Shown here: positions 55,635 to 64,000 of the stretch, piece by piece
Layout of the letters: every line of letters starts with the position of its first letter
Position numbering within the stretch: position 1 is the first letter of the stretch
Assembly (NCBI RefSeq): GCF_009914755.1
Contig: NC_060948.1
DNA: 64,000 nucleotides
Source: the human T2T-CHM13v2.0 reference genome, Homo sapiens
Direction: 5' to 3' (one strand)
Made by a program: the position numbers and the translations under genes
Notes under the pieces: model-generated
Database searches by the model: none
Seen by the model: only the letters and a program-made list of their open reading frames with translations
Told to the model about the DNA's origin: nothing

Positions 55635-57734
55635 AGATCCATATTTTTTAAATGAAAAAAAATTTCAAAGGTACTCTGCTTGGTACAATAATCAAATGTA
55701 TAAACTGAGGAATAAAACATAACCATGAAACCTACTTATAACTGCATATGGAAAATACAGAGGATAATTTTTTAAATAACATATTTTGAAAGCCTTAACT
55801 AGTAATTTGAAGAGCTGGCATTTGAAAGGCCTGTATGAATATACCTTCAAAGCAGCAACACAGGTTCCCCATGAGAAAAAGCAAACACAGGGAAAATAAA
55901 AACACAAAGGTTCAATCTCTTCTGACCTTTGAAAGACACAGCACAGACAGTGGTCCTTAGGACGAAGAGCAGGAGACCCCTAATTCCGTCACCATGGCGA
56001 TAGGGCATAAACATTGCTGGGTGAGGGCACAATCCACATTGTGAGGTCCAACTGCTGCCAGGAAGACAGGAGTGCTTTTACATAGACCGAAAGGTCATTG
56101 AAGGCTCAGAGTTTTGTTTCAAGAACTGAATCCCAAGCCCACACGTTATTAGGCTGCGCTTCTTAAAACAAGTTATGAGATGGGAAAAAGGGCACCCACA
56201 AACATACGTATACATTATGTATATAATAATATACAGTATCATATATATAATATATATAACCTATGTATAATATTGTTTTACATCCTGCATCTTATGTTAT
56301 ATATATTGTATAAAATATAATAATTGATAATATATAAGTTTTATAATTATACAATATGACATATGGTATATAATATAATTTATGACATATATAATATATG
56401 TTATATGTCATATATAGAATATATTATACGGTTAATATACGTATTAAATATAAATTATACATTATATATATTATATATATCTGTTATATATAATACCCAT
56501 TATGCATAATATATATATTATGTCTATGTTATATATAGTATAAAACAACATATAATAATATATAATTGTATATATAAAATGCGACATATAATATATATTA
56601 TATTTTATAACATATGTAATATATATTATATATTATATATAATACGTTGTATGTATAATACCTATATTAAATATATATTATATGACTATGTTATTAATTA
56701 CATGTCAAATGTGTTATATATTATATATTTTACATAGAATATACCGGTTACATACAATATATACTATGTTACCTATAATGTATAATTTATTACATGTAAA
56801 ATAAATAATGCAATATATTATGTATATTTTATAATATACCATATGTGGAATGTGATATATATAACATATAATATATGATATATGATATACAGTATATGAT
56901 ATATAACATACAATATATGATTCCTAATATATATGGTATACAATATATATTTTATGATAAGTATTCTATATGTTTTATATTCTGTTATATATAACTATTT
57001 GAAATTATATATAACTGTATAATATTTTATGTAAATATGTAATATAATATATATAACTATATAATATATTATATATAACTATATATTATGTTATATATAC
57101 TTTTATAACATAATTTACATAAAATATCATAATATAATATATATTATATTATTTCATATTACATAATATATATTACATATCACCCAATATAACTAACATA
57201 CATAATATTATAATATAGATTATATTGTGTTATATTAAATATCATATATATCATGTATCATATATTCTATAATATATATTACACATTATATAATATGCAT
57301 GTTGTCTATTATGTGATATATATAACTATATATATAATTATATTTTTATACATATAACTAGATAAACATGTAATTCTACATATTTTCATTTATAATGTGT
57401 AGAAATATATAATCATATATAATTATTTATATTCTATAAAAAATTTTATCATTATATAAATTATAATATATAAAAATTATAATATGTACTACAAATATAT
57501 ATATTATATATCATATATGATATAGTACCTTTGTTATATATCATAATACATATAAATGTGTATTATGTTATCTATAATTATATAATTTCATATATAAGAT
57601 GTATAATATGTATCATATATTATATAAGTTATGTAATATATATAGTATATATAAGATGACACAGGATAAATATTATATACTATGACATATAAAATATATG
57701 AGGTTATATGTTACATATAAGGCATAGCACATAA

Positions 57735-58049
<315 letters not shown>

Positions 58050-60177
58050 AGATCCATATTTTTTAAATGAAAAAAAATTTCAAAGGTACTCTGCTTGGTA
58101 CAATAATCAAATGTATAAACTGAGGAATAAAACATAACCATGAAACCTACTTATAACTGCATATGGAAAATACAGAGGATAATTTTTTAAATAACATATT
58201 TTGAAAGCCTTAACTAGTAATTTGAAGAGTTGGCATTTGAAAGGCCAGTATGAATATACCTTCAAAGCAGCAACACAGGTTCCCCATGAGAAAAAGCAAA
58301 CACAGGGAAAATAAAAACACAAAGGTTCAATCTCTTCTGACCTTTGAAAGACACAGCACAGACAGTGGTCCTTAGGACGAAGAGCAGGAGACACCTAATT
58401 CCGTCACCATGGCGATAGGGCATAAACATTGCTGGGTGGGGACACAATCCACATTGTGAGGTCCAACTGCTGCCAGGAAGACAGGAGTGCTTTTACATAG
58501 ACCGAAAGGTCATTGAAGGCTCAGAGTTTTGTTTCAAGAACTGAATCCCAAGCCCACACGTTATTAGGCTGCGCTTCTTAAAACAAGTTATGAGATGGGA
58601 AAAAGGGCACCCACAAACATACGTATACATTATGTATATAATAATATACAGTATCATATATATAATATATATAACCTATGTATAATATTGTTTTACATCC
58701 TGCATCTTATGTTATATATATTGTATAAAATATAATAATTGATAATATATAAGTTTTATAATTATACAATAAGACATATAGTATACATTATAATTTGTGA
58801 CATATATAATATATGTTATATGTCATATATAGAATATATTATACGGTTAATATACGTATTAAAAATAAATTATACATTATATATATTATATATATTATAT
58901 CTGTTATATATAATACCCATTATGCATAATATATATATTATGTCTATGTTATATATAGTATAAAACAACATATAATAATATATAATTGTATATATAAAAT
59001 GCGACATATAATATATATTATATTTTATAACATATGTAATATATATTATATATTATATATAATACGTTGTATGTATAATACCTATATTAAATATATATTA
59101 TATGACTATGTTATTAATTACATGTCACATGTGTTATATATTATATATTTTACATAGAATATACCGGTTACATACAATATATACTATGTTACCTATAATG
59201 TATAATTTATTACATGTAAAATAAAGAATGCAATATATTATGTATAATTTATAATATACCATATGTGGAATGTGATATATATAACATATAATATATGATA
59301 TATGATATACAGTATATGATATATAACATACAATATATGATTCCTAATATATATGGTATACAATATATATTTTATGATATGTATTCTATATGTTTTATAT
59401 TCTGTTATATATAACTATTTGAAATTATATATAACTGTATAATATTTTATGTAAATATGTAATATAATATATATAACTATATAATATATTATATATAACT
59501 ATATATTATGTTATATATACTTTTATAACATAATTTACATAAAATATCATAATATAATATATATTATATTATTTCATATTACATAATATATATTACATAT
59601 CACCCAATATAACTAACATACATAATATTATAATATAGATTATATTGTGTTATATTAAATATCATATATATCATGTATCATATATTCTATAATATATATT
59701 ACACATTATATAATATGTATGTTGTCTATTATGTGATATACATAACTATATATATAATTATATTTTTATACATATAACTAGATAAACATGTAATTCTACA
59801 TATTTTCATTTATAATATGTAGAATTATATAATCATATATAATTATTTATATTCTATAAAAAATTTTATCATTATATAAATTATAATATATAAAAATTAT
59901 AATATGTACTACAAATATATATGTTATATATCATATATGATATAGTACCTTTGTTATATATCATAATACATATAAATGTGTATTATGTTATCTATAATTA
60001 TATAATTTCATATATAAGATGTATAATATGTATCATATATTATATATGTTATGTAATATATATAGTATATATAAGATGACACAGGATAAATATTATATAC
60101 TATGACATATAAAATATATGAGGTTATATGTTACATATAAGGCATAGCACATAACATGTAATATATATCACATATAA

Positions 60178-60469
60178 TTTTTTTTTAGACAGAATCTTGT
60201 CCTGTTGCACAGGGTGGGGTACAATGGCGCCATCTTTGCTCACTGCAACTTCTGCCTCACGGGTCCAAGCGATTGTCCTCCCTCAGCCTCCCAGGTAGCT
60301 GGGACTACACCACACTGGGACTACACCAGCTGCCACCATGCCTAGCTAATTTTTTGGATTTTTAGTAGTGACAGCGTTTCACTGTATTGGCCAGGATGGT
60401 CTTGATCTCTTCACCTTGTGATCCCCTTGCCTTGGCCTCCAAATTTGCTGGGATTACAGGCCTGAGCCA
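60178..60469 (-). mobile_element. Diverged Alu SINE in satellite monomer
   Basis: Near-identical copy of 2159-2449. Confidence 0.95.
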
Positions 60470-62570
60470 AGATCCATATTTTTTAAATGAAAAAAAATTT
60501 CAAAGGTACTCTGCTTGGTACAATAATCAAATGTATAAACTGAGGAATAAAACATAACCATGAAACCTACTTATAACTGCATATGGAAAATACAGAGGAT
60601 AATTTTTTAAATAACATATTTTGAAAGCCTTAACTAGTAATTTGAAGAGTTGGCATTTGAAAGGCCAGTATGAATATACCTTCAAAGCAGCAACACAGGT
60701 TCCCCATGAGAAAAAGCAAACACAGGGAAAACAAAAACACAAAGGTTGAATCTCTTCTGACCTTTGAAAGACACAGCACAGACAGTGGTCCTTAGGACGA
60801 AGAGCAGGAGACCCCTAATTCCGTCACCATGGCGATAGGGCATAAACATTCCTGGGTGAGGGCACAATCCACATTGTGAGGTCCAACTGCTGCCAGGAAG
60901 ACAGGAGTGCTTTTACATAGACCGAAAGGTCATTGAAGGCTCAGAGTTTTGTTTCAAGAACTGAATCCCAAGCCCACACGTTATTAGGCTGCGCTTCTTA
61001 AAACAAGTTATGAGATGGGAAAAAGGGCACCCACAAACATACGTATACATTACGTATATAATAATATACAGTATCATATATATAATATATATAACCTATG
61101 TATAATATTGTTTTACATCCTGCATCTTATGTTATATATATTGTATAAAATATAATAATTGATAATATATAAGTTTTATAATTATACAATATGACATATA
61201 GTATATATTATAATTTATGACATATATAATATATGTTATATGTCATATATAGAATATATTATACGGTTAATATACGTATTAAATATAAATTATACATTAT
61301 ATATATTATATATAATATATCTGTTATATATAATACCCATTATGAATAATATATATATTATGTCTATGTTATATATAGTATAAAACAACATATAATAATA
61401 TATAATTGTATATATAAAATGCGACATATAATATATATTATATTTTATAACATATGTAATATATATTATATATTATATATAATACGTTGTATGTATAATA
61501 CCTATATTAAATATATATTATATGACTATGTTATTAATTACATGTCACATGTGTTATATATTATATATTTTACATAGAATATACCGGTTACATACAATAT
61601 ATACTATGTTACCTATAATGTATAATTTATTACATGTAAAATAAAGAATGCAATATATTATGTATAATTTATAATATACCATATGTGGAATGTGATATAT
61701 ATAACATATAATATATGATATATGATATACAGTATATGATATATAACATACAATATATGATTCCTAATATATATGGTATACAATATATATTTTATGATAT
61801 GTATTCTATATGTTTTATATTCTGTTATATATAACTATTTGAAATTATATATAACTGTATAATATTTTATGTAAATATGTAATATAATATATATAACTAT
61901 ATAATATATTATATATAACTATATATTATGTTATATATACTTTTATAACATAATTTACATAAAATATCATAATATAATATATATTATATTATTTCATATT
62001 ACATAATATATATTACATATCACCCAATATAACTAACATACATAATATTATAATATAGATTATATTGTGTTATATTAAATATCATATATATCATGTATCA
62101 TATATTCTATAATATATATTACACATTATATAATATGTATGTTGTCTATTATGTGATATATATAACTATATATATAATTATATTTTTATACATATAACTA
62201 GATAAACTTGTAATTCTACATATTTTCATTTATAATATGTAGAATTATATAATCATATATAATTATATTCTATAAAAAATTTTATCATTATATAAATTAT
62301 AATATATAAAAATTATAATATGTACTACAAATATATATATTATATATCATATATGATATAGTACCTTTGTTATATATCATAATACATATAAATGTGTATT
62401 ATGTTATCTATAATTATATAATTTCATATATAAGATGTATAATATGTATCATATATTATATAAGTTATGTAATATATATAGTATATATAAGATGACACAG
62501 GATAAATATTATATACTATGACATATAAAATATATGAGGTTATATGTTACATATAAGGCATAGCACATAA

Positions 62571-62885
<315 letters not shown>

Positions 62886-64000
62886 AGATCCATATTTTTT
62901 AAATGAAAAAAAATTTCAAAGGTACTCTGCTTGGTACAATAATCAAATGTATAAACTGAGGAATAAAACATAACCATGAAACCTACTTATAACTGCATAT
63001 GGAAAATACAGAGGATAATTTTTTAAATAACATATTTTGAAAGCCTTAACTAGTAATTTGAAGAGTTGGCATTTGAAAGGCCAGTATGAATATACCTTCA
63101 AAGCAGCAACACAGGTTCCCCATGAGAAAAAGCAAACACAGGGAAAACAAAAACACAAAGGTTCAATCTCTTCTGACCTTTGAAAGACACAGCACAGACA
63201 GTGGTCCTTAGGACGAAGAGCAGGAGACCCCTAATTCCGTCACCATGGCGATAGGGCATAAACATTGCTGGGTGAGGGCACAATCCACATTGTGAGGTCC
63301 AACTGCTGCCAGGAAGACAGGAGTGCTTTTACATAGACCGAAAGGTCATTGAAGGCTCAGAGTTTTGTTTCAAGAACTAAATCCCAAGCCCACACGTTAT
63401 TAGGCTGCGCTTCTTAAAACAAGTTATGAGATGGGAAAAAGGGCACCCACAAACATACGTATACATTATGTATATAATAATATACAGTATCATATATATA
63501 ATATATATAACCTATGTATAATATTGTTTTACATCCTGCATCTTATGTTATATATATTGTATAAAATATAATAATTGATAATATATAAGTTTTATAATTA
63601 TACAATATGACATATAGTATATATTATAATTTATGACATATATAATATATGTTATATGTCATATATAGAATATATTATACGGTTAATATACGTATTAAAT
63701 ATAAATTATACATTATATATATTATATATAATATATCTGTTATATATAATACCCATTATGCATAATATATATATTATGTCTATGTTATATATAGTATAAA
63801 ACAACATATAATAATATATATTTGTATATATAAAATGCGACATAGAATATATATTATATTTTATAACATATGTAATATATATTATATATTATATATAATA
63901 CGTTGTATGTATAATACCTATATTAAATATATATTATATGACTATGTTATTAATTACATGTCACATGTGTTATATATTATATATTTTACATAGAATATAC

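Overview
The whole window is one uninterrupted, head-to-tail tandem array of a ~2.42 kb composite repeat: 26 complete monomers of 2411-2422 bp plus partial ends, with very high copy-to-copy identity. Each monomer has three parts: ~570 bp of moderately AT-rich sequence, ~1.55 kb of extremely AT-rich (AT)n-like sequence, and a ~290 bp diverged Alu on the minus strand. This architecture, plus a predicted ~2.15 kb HaeIII fragment per unit, matches human DYZ2 (HSat1B: HSATI + AT-rich + Alu), most plausibly from Yq12 heterochromatin. The assignment rests on recognition, not a database search. I see no credible protein-coding gene, RNA gene, CRISPR array or new functional system, and the repeated ORFs are by-products of the repeat. 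The informative signal lies in shared variants between monomers: a recent 4824 bp dimeric duplication, a one-unit divergent insert, a longer-range paralogous block, chimeric monomers, and an Alu whose diagnostic positions look AluSc/Sc8-like. Monomer (M) starts used below: M1 38, M2 2450, M3 4870, M4 7290, M5 9709, M6 12127, M7 14545, M8 16956, M9 19369, M10 21780, M11 24193, M12 26606, M13 29026, M14 31446, M15 33866, M16 36288, M17 38708, M18 41128, M19 43548, M20 45968, M21 48384, M22 50802, M23 53215, M24 55635, M25 58050, M26 60470, M27 62886 (partial).
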